Part shown: piece by piece, positions 1-8,681 of the stretch | Layout: the number at the start of each line of letters is the position of its first letter | How positions within the stretch are numbered: the first letter of the stretch is position 1 | NCBI GenBank assembly: GCA_045636865.1 | Contig: JAZTYJ010000022.1 | Span: 3,667-67,666 of the forward strand | DNA length: 64,000 bases | From: Eubacteriales bacterium | GTDB lineage: Bacteria; Bacillota; Clostridia; Oscillospirales; JAAYXM01 | Direction of reading: 5' to 3' | Made by a program: the position numbers and the translations under genes | Notes under the pieces: model-generated | Databases searched by the model: none | Told to the model about the DNA's origin: nothing | What the model saw: the letters and a program-made list of their open reading frames with translations, nothing else

Positions 1-102
1 CTTCACGAATTTCTGCTTCTGCCCAATGTCCTGCGATATCGGTGAAATTCTTTGTGCTTTCAATTTCCGTATCGTCGAATCTTGCGCAGTTTCATACTGC
101 AT
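1..102 (-). CDS. hypothetical protein, N-terminal fragment (runs off the left edge of the window)
   Basis: ATG at 102 is preceded by an AAGGGTG Shine-Dalgarno-like motif. The frame stays open to the window edge (MQYETAQDSTIRKLKAQRISPISQDIGQKQKFVK...). Too short for the ORF track. No motif recognised. Confidence 0.3.
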   Translation of the reverse strand, partial: MQYETAQDSTIRKLKAQRISPISQDIGQKQKFVK

Positions 103-165
103 ATATTTCACCCTTGCTTTAAATGGTCTATCAGTATTATACTCCAACTTTCTGTCAATTACAAT

Positions 166-191
166 AAAAAGCACACAAAAGTGTGCTTTTT
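166..191 (-). terminator. rho-independent terminator downstream of the 214-1401 gene
   Basis: Perfect hairpin aaaaagcacac-aaaa-gtgtgcttttt, with T-runs on both strands. Confidence 0.7.
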
Positions 192-213
192 TCACTCTTG
201 ATAGTTCGATCCG

Positions 214-1401
214 TCAAAATCCCAGAATAATCTGCCATAATGCGAGCAAAAGACCTAAAATGGTGAGCATTGTAACCATGAAGTTATTGCGTTCGGAATA
301 AATAAGAGTCAGATCTGCCTCCAGCAACTCTAAAAGGTACTTGACCTGATCTACAATTGGCGCAATATTCTGACTTATTAAAAGCATGGAGCTCAACTCA
401 CCTATTTCTGAGATTGCTGTTTGTTCTACCTTTTCAAGAACTTCTATTATTTTTTTCCTCAACTCGCGTGTCGTACTGATTCTTCGAAAGTATGAATGAA
501 CTTTTTTATTGCCGTGTTCCGTTTGAAAAGCCAAAACTCCATTGATTAAGGCTTTGAGCATCATAACAAACTCAACAGAAAATAAAATTCCGTGATTTAC
601 TGTTAACGGACACTCACCCATATAAAAGTACGGATTGCAAGAGCCATATATTTTTGTCTGAAATTCTTCTTGTCGTTCAAGATAGTTTTTTTGGCAAGGG
701 CAATCTATCAGATTCAAAAACAGAAATGCTTGTCGCGATGCATAAATACGAATAAACTCACGACTTCCCCACGAATTTGACAAGCGTTCTTTAACTATAT
801 TATCGGGAACAAATTCATACCCTTCATCACCTGACAGAATACCATAAAGAAGCTTTGACTCATCTTTTTCTATGTCATCAATAGTTGTATAATTGTGGAA
901 TTTTGTTATTTCGCACAAAAAGCTTGATTCTATCGAATCAGAAAGACCAAGGGTTTCACTCATTGTTTTTGCAATGTCGGCACACGAGCATTCCCCGTCG
1001 GAAAACTCATATTTTTTATGCACCCCGGATTGCCTTATGGCAATAACCTTGTCTGTATCAATATGGTGGATTGAATAATGAAAAGACAAGGAAATTATGC
1101 TTGATTCTTCAAAATACGACAACAATACACACCAGCCCGAAAATCCGTTTGATTCAAGATTCGGGAAGAAATCATTGATAAAGAATCTGCATACTTTATA
1201 GGTCTGTCCGCCTCCGTGCAAAAAACGCTCCGATGTCTGCATATCCTTTATGTAAGCATTATCAGTATCTGTATTAAGGTCGTAATATACATAATGCGAA
1301 AATTCTTTTTTGACTTTTTCCACAAAACACTCATACTTGTCATATGAATCCGCCTTGTAATAAAAAGCATGAGAAAAATTTGCATTGACAATAAACGACA
1401 T
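214..1401 (-). CDS. hypothetical protein with CorA-like architecture (soluble N-domain, long helical stalk, single C-terminal TM helix)
   Basis: 395-aa ORF with an AAAGGGGAAG RBS upstream. The C-terminus ERNNFMVTMLTILGLLLALWQIILGF resembles CorA TM1, but the protein ends there with no GMN motif and no second TM helix. Confidence 0.6.
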   Translation of the reverse strand: MSFIVNANFSHAFYYKADSYDKYECFVEKVKKEFSHYVYYDLNTDTDNAYIKDMQTSERFLHGGGQTYKVCRFFINDFFPNLESNGFSGWCVLLSYFEESSIISLSFHYSIHHIDTDKVIAIRQSGVHKKYEFSDGECSCADIAKTMSETLGLSDSIESSFLCEITKFHNYTTIDDIEKDESKLLYGILSGDEGYEFVPDNIVKERLSNSWGSREFIRIYASRQAFLFLNLIDCPCQKNYLERQEEFQTKIYGSCNPYFYMGECPLTVNHGILFSVEFVMMLKALINGVLAFQTEHGNKKVHSYFRRISTTRELRKKIIEVLEKVEQTAISEIGELSSMLLISQNIAPIVDQVKYLLELLEADLTLIYSERNNFMVTMLTILGLLLALWQIILGF

Positions 1402-1453
1402 ATTCTCTTCCCCTTTTCAAATCATCCTATGTTTTTCACTTTTCCGCTTTTCT

Positions 1454-2122
1454 TCAGTCCTCTATATGCCTATCATCAAGCCAAAGCTCTCTTACAGCCT
1501 CTTCCGGAATACCTATATCAAGGACTTTTTTCTTTCCGCAAAGGGATTTCCCCCGGCATATGTTCAGCCCGACTTTATCAAGTGCAAGCGTATATGTAAA
1601 GTCTGCGCAAATAACACTTCCTTCTGCATTTCCTGTGTCAGCAGAAAGGCCGCTCGGAATATCAACAGAAATAACAGTATTATTCATAGACGCTATTTTA
1701 TCTATAGCAGCTTTTATATTTCCTCGTGGCTCTCCTGAAATCGAAGTTCCCAGAAGGGCATCTATAATAACCGCATCTTCATCTACGCCATCCGTTACTT
1801 TAAGTATCTCAACATTCTCCTTTTTAAGTTTATCAAATGCAATTTTTGCAATATCGCTGAACTCATCTTCCTCGTGAGTGAGATAGACTTTGACATCACG
1901 ACCTGAAGCTTTTAAAAGCCTTGCAACAACGAATCCGTCTCCGCCGTTATTTCCCTTTCCGCAGAAAACAGCAAACATATTATCCGGAAAATCCTTTATA
2001 ATTTCATCGAATATGCTTTTCCCTGCATTTTCCATAAGACGCCATAGTGGAATTCCGTATTTTTCCGATGCAAGCTTATCCAGCTTTTTTATGTGTGCAG
2101 ATGTTGCACGCTGCATAGCCAT
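1454..2122 (-). CDS. nnrE: NAD(P)H-hydrate epimerase (YjeF N-terminal domain only)
   Basis: The motif GKGNNGGDGFVVARLL is typical of the YjeF_N/NnrE family. At 222 aa it has no fused dehydratase domain. Confidence 0.85.
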   Translation of the reverse strand: MAMQRATSAHIKKLDKLASEKYGIPLWRLMENAGKSIFDEIIKDFPDNMFAVFCGKGNNGGDGFVVARLLKASGRDVKVYLTHEEDEFSDIAKIAFDKLKKENVEILKVTDGVDEDAVIIDALLGTSISGEPRGNIKAAIDKIASMNNTVISVDIPSGLSADTGNAEGSVICADFTYTLALDKVGLNICRGKSLCGKKKVLDIGIPEEAVRELWLDDRHIED

Positions 2123-2137
2123 CCCCCTGTACGAAGT

Positions 2138-4033
2138 TTATTTAAGCATGAGATCGCAGACGAGGTTTGAAAGCTCTGTCGGATTATCAACAGAAAGTCC
2201 GCTTATGAGACGCGCGTGTGCATAAAGAACCTTTGAGATTTTTGCAAGCTCATCTTTTTCGTTTTCAAACATCTTTTTCATTTTTTCTGCCATCGGATGA
2301 TCGATGTTGATTTCAAGAACAAGCTGTGCTCGAATCGGATTTGCTTCCATGCCCGGCATTCTGCTGAGCGTTTTTTCCATAGCAAGAGAAATTTCGCCCT
2401 CACTTGAAATACATACAGCATGATCTTTTAGGTCGTTTGTAAATCTGACTGCAAAGAGATTTTTGTCTGCGCTCTCACGGATAAAGTCAAGAAGCTCTTT
2501 TGCGTCTTCGTTTTCTTTTTCAATCTTCTCTTTTTCCTCTTCTGTTGCAAGAGAGAAGTTTTCCTTGCAGACGTTTACAAACTCATGCTCATCGTATTTT
2601 CCGAGAACTGAAATTGCAAACTCATCTACATCCTCTGTGAGATAGATAACCTCATATCCGCGAGAAACAACAGAGCTTACCTGCGGCATAACCGCGATTC
2701 TCTCAGCACTGTCACCTGATGCATAGTAAATCTCCTTCTGCTCCTCTTTCATGCCCGCTACATATTCTTTGAGGCTTACATATTCGTTGTCTTTTGAAGA
2801 CTTAAACAATACTAAATCCTTAAGGCTTTCTTTGTGCGCACCAAAGTCGCTGTATATTCCCCATTTGATTGAAGAACCGAACACCGAGAAAAATTTATTG
2901 TAGTTTTCCCTGTCGTTTTCAAGCATCTTTTTAAGCTCTGAAACAATTTTCTTTTCAATGGCTTTTGCGATTATCTTAAGCTGGCGGTCCTGCTGCAAAA
3001 TCTCTCTTGAAATATTGAGAGACAAATCAGAACTGTCTACAAGACCTCTTACAAAGCCGAAGTAATCCGGAAGAAGATCCTTGCACTTTTCCATAATGAG
3101 AACGCCGCTTGAGTATAGCTGAAGACCTTTTTCAAAATCCTTGCTGTAGAAATTGACGGGCGCGTGTGCCGGAATAAACATAAGAGCTTCAAAGTTCACT
3201 CCGCCTTCTGCCTTCTGTCTTATCGTATTAAGAGGTGCTTCAAAATCGAAGAACTTTCCCTTGTAGAAGTCTGCAATCTCCTCGTCTGTAACCTCATTCT
3301 GCGACTTCTTCCAAAGAGGAACCATACTGTTTAAAACTTCATCTTCGGTGAATGTTTCGTATTCGTCAGAACTTCCCTCTTTGAGCTTTTCTGACGACAC
3401 AAACATACGGATAGGATATCTGATATAGTCGCTGTACTTTTTAACGAGTTCTTCTATCTTCCAGTCCTCAAGGTATTCGCCGAATTTTGTGTTTTCGGTA
3501 TCATCCTTGAGTGTTATTGTGATTTCTGTTCCCACTTTGTCTCTGTCGCACTCGCGGATGGTGTAACCGTCAGCACCTGAAGATTCCCATGAATAGCCCT
3601 GTGTTTCGCCGTGTGCAAGACTCTCTACAACAATATTTTTTGCAACCATAAAAGCTGAATAGAAGCCAACGCCAAACTGACCGATGATGTCAATTTCTTC
3701 TTTATCCTTGTTGTCGGGATTGTTTTTAAAATCAAATGAGCCGCTTTTTGCAATGACACCGAGGTTTTCTTCAAGCTCGTCCTTCGTCATGCCGCAACCG
3801 TTGTCGCAGATTCTGATTGTACGATTCTCTTTGTCTGTCGAGATACGGATTTCAAAATCGCCTCTGCTTTTGTCTACGGTGTTGTCTGTCAGAGACTTGA
3901 AATAGAGTTTATCTATCGCGTCACTCGCATTTGAAATGAGCTCGCGAAGAAAAATGTCCTTGTTTGTATAGATGGAGTTTACCATCATATCAAGAAGTTT
4001 TTTTGATTCTGTTTTAAACTGTTTTTTTGCCAT
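2138..4033 (-). CDS. htpG: molecular chaperone HtpG (Hsp90)
   Basis: LISNASDAIDKL and GQFGVGFYSAF are Hsp90 GHKL ATPase motifs. The track start at 4042 is a GTG inside the RBS. ATG at 4033 follows AAGGTG by 6 nt. Confidence 0.93.
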   Translation of the reverse strand: MAKKQFKTESKKLLDMMVNSIYTNKDIFLRELISNASDAIDKLYFKSLTDNTVDKSRGDFEIRISTDKENRTIRICDNGCGMTKDELEENLGVIAKSGSFDFKNNPDNKDKEEIDIIGQFGVGFYSAFMVAKNIVVESLAHGETQGYSWESSGADGYTIRECDRDKVGTEITITLKDDTENTKFGEYLEDWKIEELVKKYSDYIRYPIRMFVSSEKLKEGSSDEYETFTEDEVLNSMVPLWKKSQNEVTDEEIADFYKGKFFDFEAPLNTIRQKAEGGVNFEALMFIPAHAPVNFYSKDFEKGLQLYSSGVLIMEKCKDLLPDYFGFVRGLVDSSDLSLNISREILQQDRQLKIIAKAIEKKIVSELKKMLENDRENYNKFFSVFGSSIKWGIYSDFGAHKESLKDLVLFKSSKDNEYVSLKEYVAGMKEEQKEIYYASGDSAERIAVMPQVSSVVSRGYEVIYLTEDVDEFAISVLGKYDEHEFVNVCKENFSLATEEEKEKIEKENEDAKELLDFIRESADKNLFAVRFTNDLKDHAVCISSEGEISLAMEKTLSRMPGMEANPIRAQLVLEINIDHPMAEKMKKMFENEKDELAKISKVLYAHARLISGLSVDNPTELSNLVCDLMLK

Positions 4034-4105
4034 TTTATTCACCTTCGTATTTTTCTGTTGTTAATTTATATTATAATGCTAAATGAAAATTTTTACAACA
4101 TCAAA

Positions 4106-4140
4106 AAGAAAAAGAAGCTTCAAAATGAAGCTTCTTTTTC
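4106..4140 (-). terminator. rho-independent terminator ending the hdr/flx/frd-like operon
   Basis: Hairpin gaagcttc-aaaat-gaagcttc flanked by an A-run and a T-run, directly after the transporter stop at 4151. Confidence 0.7.
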
Positions 4141-4150
4141 TTAAAAGGCT

Positions 4151-5521
4151 TTAAGCCATAAGAGTTATTATAAGCTGTGATGCAAGAACAACCAGGACAA
4201 GCGCAATCGGATATGTTGAAGCATAAGCTGCTGCAACATCTTCTGTTTTTGCTGTGTTGATGAGTGTTCCAAGTGCAGGGGTTGATGTCATACCGCCTGT
4301 GATTGAACCGAGTGTGTTGAGAAGGCTTATCTTGAGCACGTACTTTGCAAAGATAAATCCTACAATCATCGGGATAATCTCCATAATTGCACCACCTACG
4401 AAACCGTAGATGACAATCATAGCACCAAGCTCTGACTTTCCTATTTCAGAAACAAGCGAAACACCACCTGATATACCTGCACCGATGAGGAATAGCACAA
4501 GACCAAACTCACGGAAAACCTTTGCAGTAAATTCCGGAACCTTAAGTGAGAACTTGCCGATGCGACCAAAGTGACCGAGAATAAGCGCCATAATGAGCGA
4601 ACCACCTGTTGTTCCGAGCGAGAAGCACGGTCCTGCATAACCCTTTCCTGAAAGCGGAATTGTGATTGAACCAAGAATAAGGCCGAGAACAACTGCGATA
4701 GCAAACGGAGCGATACCGAGCGGTTCAAGTTCAAAAAGACCTTCCTTCTCTTCATGAACAGCATCTGCATCCAATTTGAGAAGTTCTCTTTCCTTGTTCA
4801 TATCTACCTTTAAGAACTTCGGCATAAGCTGAACAAAGAGAACAACACCGATAACACCAAACGGATATGCAATCGCATGTCCGAGTGTAATGATATCTGT
4901 TGGATGGCCAAGAGCTTCTGCAGCTTCAATACCTGCAGAGAATCCCGGAGTTGTTGTAAGTGCACCTGAAAGAACACCAACTGAAAACTCAGGACCGATG
5001 CCCGGTATAAGTGCAAACAATACTGCACAAGCTGAACCACTTAAGATAATAAGCGCACCGATGAGGATGTATGACTTTGCATTCTTCTTGAGGTTTTTGA
5101 AAAATCCCGGACCTGCAATGAATCCAACAGAAGAAACAAAGAGAACAAGACCAACGTTCTGAACAACCTTTGAATACCAGACGTTGAGTGTTGCGCTACC
5201 ATCTTTAATGAAGAAAGCTTTGAGAACAGGAATATTTTCAAGACCGCTGAGGGTTGAAAGATATCCAAAAAGGATAGCTACAAGGAAAACTCCTGCTGTG
5301 CCGAGTGAAACACCCTTGACTGAAATTCCGCCAAGGAGATATCCGAGCGCAGTTACAATGAATATTCCCATAAGGAGCGCTGTAACTGTTGAGAACTTGA
5401 ACACTTTTGCAACGCCCATATCCGGAGCCATTGCATTGAAGATACACCAAGCTGCAATTGCAACTACGATCACGATAGCAATTATAGTCCAAAGTGTTTT
5501 TGAGCTTTTTTTATTTGACAT
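4151..5521 (-). CDS. AAE-family (YidE/YbjL/AspT/SucE-type) transporter, short form
   Basis: 456-aa polytopic membrane protein made of two homologous halves joined by a short charged linker (KVDMNKERELLKLDADAVHEEKEG). Only 15 nt separate it from the upstream flavoprotein gene. Confidence 0.7.
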   Translation of the reverse strand: MSNKKSSKTLWTIIAIVIVVAIAAWCIFNAMAPDMGVAKVFKFSTVTALLMGIFIVTALGYLLGGISVKGVSLGTAGVFLVAILFGYLSTLSGLENIPVLKAFFIKDGSATLNVWYSKVVQNVGLVLFVSSVGFIAGPGFFKNLKKNAKSYILIGALIILSGSACAVLFALIPGIGPEFSVGVLSGALTTTPGFSAGIEAAEALGHPTDIITLGHAIAYPFGVIGVVLFVQLMPKFLKVDMNKERELLKLDADAVHEEKEGLFELEPLGIAPFAIAVVLGLILGSITIPLSGKGYAGPCFSLGTTGGSLIMALILGHFGRIGKFSLKVPEFTAKVFREFGLVLFLIGAGISGGVSLVSEIGKSELGAMIVIYGFVGGAIMEIIPMIVGFIFAKYVLKISLLNTLGSITGGMTSTPALGTLINTAKTEDVAAAYASTYPIALVLVVLASQLIITLMA

Positions 5522-5536
5522 TTTCTCTTCCCTCCA

Positions 5537-7147
5537 TTAGATGTTAGCCTGTTTTGTATAGTTCGGAAGAAGCTTCGGAGAGAGCGTTTCTGTCTCGATA
5601 CCTGCTTTTGCGATTTCTTTTTCGAATTTTGCAATGTGGTCAAGTGTAAGCTTACCAACCTTTACATCCTTCGAAACCTTAGCAGCTGACTTACCTGCAC
5701 TGCGGCCGAAAACAATGATGTCGAGGAGTGAGTTACCCATAAGTCTGTTCTTACCATGGATACCACCGACTGCCTCACCTGCCACGAAGAGATTCTTAAC
5801 GTTAGTTGTCATACCGTCAGGAGTGATATCAAGACCACCGTTCTGATAGTGGAGTGTCGGGTAAATAAGGATCGGCTCCTTGCGGATGTCAATGCCATAT
5901 TTTCCGAACATTCTCATCATAGCCGGAATACGAGCTTCGATTGTGCCCTCGCCTCCAATTTTTTCAATCATCGGAGTATCAAGCCATACTGCAAGGCCGT
6001 TGCCTGTATTTACACCGTTTTCACGTGTGCTGCACTCGCGGATGATTGATGCAGCGGATACGTCGCGTGTTTCAAGCGGATGCATAAATACTTCACCGTT
6101 AACGTTAACGAGCTTTGCACCAAGTGAACGGACTTTTTCTGTAACAAGAGCACCGAAAATCTGCTCGGGATATGCAGCACCTGTCGGGTGATACTGCAAA
6201 GTTTCAGCATAGAGAAGTTTTGCACCTACGCGGTAACCGAGAACAAGGCCGTCTGCAGTTGCGCCGTAGTGGTTTGATGTCGGGAATCCCTGATAGTGCA
6301 TACGTCCTGCACCACCTGTTGCAATGATAACTGTCTTTGCCTTTGCAACGAGAAGATCCTTTGTTTCCATGTTCATAAGAACTGCACCTGCAGCGTTGCC
6401 CTTATCATCGAGGATGAGTTCGATAGCTGCCGAGAAGGCAACAACCGGAATACCGCGGTTTAATACTTCATCGCGGAGAGTTCCCATAATTTCAGCACCT
6501 GAATAGTCCTTTGCGGCGTGCATGCGCTTGCGTGATGTACCGCCGCCGTGAGTTGTGATCATTGTGCCGTTTTCGTCCTTATCAAACCCAACACCGAGGT
6601 TTGAAAGCCACTGAATAGCTTCAGGTGCATCGCAAACAAGCTTTGAGAGAAGGTCGCGCTTTGCGGCAAAGTGTCCGCCACCGAAAGCATCAACAAAGTG
6701 GATAGCCGGTGAGTCGTTTTCCTTGTCAGCTGCCTGAATGCCGCCTTCTGCCATCATTGTGTTTGCATCACCGATGCGGAGCTTTGTAACGATCATTACG
6801 TTTGCGCCTGCCTCGTGAGCTTCGATAGCTGCAGATGAGCCTGCGCCACCGCCACCGATAACAAGAACGTCAACGTCGTAATCCGGGTTGTCAAGATCAA
6901 CGCTTTCTGCATTGATTCTGCTGTGTGCCTGAAGAATGTCTGCAAGCTGTCCCGGAACCTTATCGCCTTTATTCGGACCAATCTTAAGTTCTACAAATTC
7001 GTCTGACTTATAGTCAGGATGATATGCTGCGAGCAATTCTTCTTTCTGCTGTGCAGTCATACGTGCGGGTTCATAAGCAATATTTTTGTCTCGTGCAGCT
7101 TCAACTGCTGCAAGTGATTTCTGTAAACTCTCAGGATACATTAACAT
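5537..7147 (-). CDS. FAD flavoprotein of the succinate dehydrogenase / fumarate reductase / L-aspartate oxidase family, with an N-terminal extension
   Basis: DVLVIGGGGAGSSAAIEAHEAG is a dinucleotide-binding motif, but it begins only at about residue 93. The family-typical GGIHGKNRLMGNSLLD lies near the C-terminus. An alternative start at 7141 has better RBS spacing. Confidence 0.8.
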   Translation of the reverse strand: MLMYPESLQKSLAAVEAARDKNIAYEPARMTAQQKEELLAAYHPDYKSDEFVELKIGPNKGDKVPGQLADILQAHSRINAESVDLDNPDYDVDVLVIGGGGAGSSAAIEAHEAGANVMIVTKLRIGDANTMMAEGGIQAADKENDSPAIHFVDAFGGGHFAAKRDLLSKLVCDAPEAIQWLSNLGVGFDKDENGTMITTHGGGTSRKRMHAAKDYSGAEIMGTLRDEVLNRGIPVVAFSAAIELILDDKGNAAGAVLMNMETKDLLVAKAKTVIIATGGAGRMHYQGFPTSNHYGATADGLVLGYRVGAKLLYAETLQYHPTGAAYPEQIFGALVTEKVRSLGAKLVNVNGEVFMHPLETRDVSAASIIRECSTRENGVNTGNGLAVWLDTPMIEKIGGEGTIEARIPAMMRMFGKYGIDIRKEPILIYPTLHYQNGGLDITPDGMTTNVKNLFVAGEAVGGIHGKNRLMGNSLLDIIVFGRSAGKSAAKVSKDVKVGKLTLDHIAKFEKEIAKAGIETETLSPKLLPNYTKQANI

Positions 7148-7158
7148 TCACCCCTTCT

Positions 7159-7833
7159 CTATTTCTCAATCTCGCGGTTGTTATAAAGCTCTTTGATTTC
7201 ATCAACCGGCTTCTGCATAAGAGCCTCAATAAGCTCGTTGAATGTGCCGTCCTTAATCTCACGGACACGCTCATCAAGATGAGCACAGCCCGGAGCAAGG
7301 TACTTACCGTTGATTCGTCTTGCGAGCATTGCAACCTGCGGATGAGAAATGCCTGCCGGACAACGTGATGAGCAAACACCGCACATTACGCAGTCAAATG
7401 ACTCTTCTGCGCACTTTTCAAAGTCGCCGCGCTGAGCATATGCAATGTACTGCATAACGTTGAGCTCCTGAGTACATGCCTTTGTGCAGGCGTTACAGCC
7501 AACACAAGCATAAATCTCGGGATAGAGCTGCATCATAATTGCTTCGTTTGTCTGAATCTGCTCAATATCATATACCTGCTTTACAAGCGGGAAGAACGGC
7601 AATGTAGCGATGTACATATTGTCTTCTACCTTTGTCTGGCAAGCAAGGCATGCCTTAAGCTCTGAATCGCCCTTGATGCGGTAGATTGTTGCACAAGCAC
7701 CGCAGAAGCCGTTGCGGCATCCGCATCCGCGGACAAGCTGATATCCGGCATATTCCATAGCCGTCATAATTGTGAGGTTTTCCGGAACGGAATACTTCTT
7801 GCCGAAGAGAAAAATATTTACCATATTCTCCAT
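7159..7833 (-). CDS. SdhB/FrdB-like iron-sulfur subunit (2Fe-2S plus two Cys-cluster motifs)
   Basis: Three Cys motifs: CRNGFCGAC...C (plant-ferredoxin type), CVGCNACTKAC and CVMCGVCSSRCP. Confidence 0.8.
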   Translation of the reverse strand: MENMVNIFLFGKKYSVPENLTIMTAMEYAGYQLVRGCGCRNGFCGACATIYRIKGDSELKACLACQTKVEDNMYIATLPFFPLVKQVYDIEQIQTNEAIMMQLYPEIYACVGCNACTKACTQELNVMQYIAYAQRGDFEKCAEESFDCVMCGVCSSRCPAGISHPQVAMLARRINGKYLAPGCAHLDERVREIKDGTFNELIEALMQKPVDEIKELYNNREIEK

Positions 7834-7847
7834 ATTAACACTCTCCT

Positions 7848-8681
7848 TTAATATTCATCCGGAAGCTCGTTCAGCTCGTCAAAGCGGAACACCGGACCAT
7901 CCTTACATACATACTTTGCGCCTACGTTACATCTTCCGCACTTACCGATACCGCACTTCATCTTAAGCTCAAGTGTAGTATAGATCTGTGTCTTCTCAAA
8001 TCCGAGAGAATAGAGACCGTCAAGTGTGAACTTGATCATAATCGGAGGACCGCACAAAACAGCCGTTTTGTCTGTGTCAAGGCCGAGTTCCTTAACATAG
8101 TTCGGAACAAAGCCGACGTGTCCGTCCCAACCCTCCTGCGGATTGTCGATTGTGAGATGAACATCAACACCTGCATCGTTTGACCACTCTTCGATGATTT
8201 CCTGATAGTCAAGCAAGTCGTCCTTACTGCGTGAACCGTAGACGATGTCAATCTTACCGTAACGGTCGCGGTAATGGCGGCAGTAGTTGATAACTGAACG
8301 AAGCGGAGCAAGACCAACACCACCTGCGATGAAGAGGAGGTTCTTTCCTGCAAACACGTCGTCGACCGGGAACGGGTTGCCGTAAGGTCCGCGGACAGTA
8401 ATCTGCTGACCGACCTCTGCGGCATGGAGCCACTCGGTAACGCAACCGCACTTCTTGATTGAGAATTCCATAAATTCCGTATTTGTCGGTGAAGATGTGA
8501 TTGAGAACATCGCCTCGCCTACACCCGGAATTGAAACCATTGCACATTGACCCGGTCTGTGGTCAAAAGGCTTTTTGCCGTCGGGCGTAACAACGCGGAA
8601 TGTCTTTATATCCGGTGTATCGATTCTGACATCCGTAATAACGCCGATTACGGGAATCAAAGCTTCTGAAATATTACTCAT
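7848..8681 (-). CDS. FlxA / AsrB / sulfhydrogenase-gamma-like FAD/NAD(P)-binding oxidoreductase with C-terminal 2Fe-2S
   Basis: RPGQCAMV...FSITSSP is an FAD-binding motif, LLFIAGGVGLAPLRS is an NAD(P) fold, and the C-terminus carries CGIGKCGRCNVG. Confidence 0.8.
   Translation of the reverse strand: MSNISEALIPVIGVITDVRIDTPDIKTFRVVTPDGKKPFDHRPGQCAMVSIPGVGEAMFSITSSPTNTEFMEFSIKKCGCVTEWLHAAEVGQQITVRGPYGNPFPVDDVFAGKNLLFIAGGVGLAPLRSVINYCRHYRDRYGKIDIVYGSRSKDDLLDYQEIIEEWSNDAGVDVHLTIDNPQEGWDGHVGFVPNYVKELGLDTDKTAVLCGPPIMIKFTLDGLYSLGFEKTQIYTTLELKMKCGIGKCGRCNVGAKYVCKDGPVFRFDELNELPDEY

Noticed and set aside
26-301. A 91-aa plus-strand ORF at the left edge.
   Set aside because: It spans a terminator hairpin and the 3' end of the 214-1401 gene on the other strand. 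It has no RBS. The minus-strand partial ORF (1-102), which does have an RBS, is more plausible.
5537-7833. Alternative identities for the flavoprotein/FeS pair: adenylylsulfate reductase AprAB, or L-aspartate oxidase NadB.
   Set aside because: AprB is a two-[4Fe-4S] ferredoxin without the N-terminal plant-type 2Fe-2S motif seen here. NadB has no FeS partner. NadB-like chemistry cannot be excluded for the flavoprotein without phylogeny, so this remains a caveat rather than a call.
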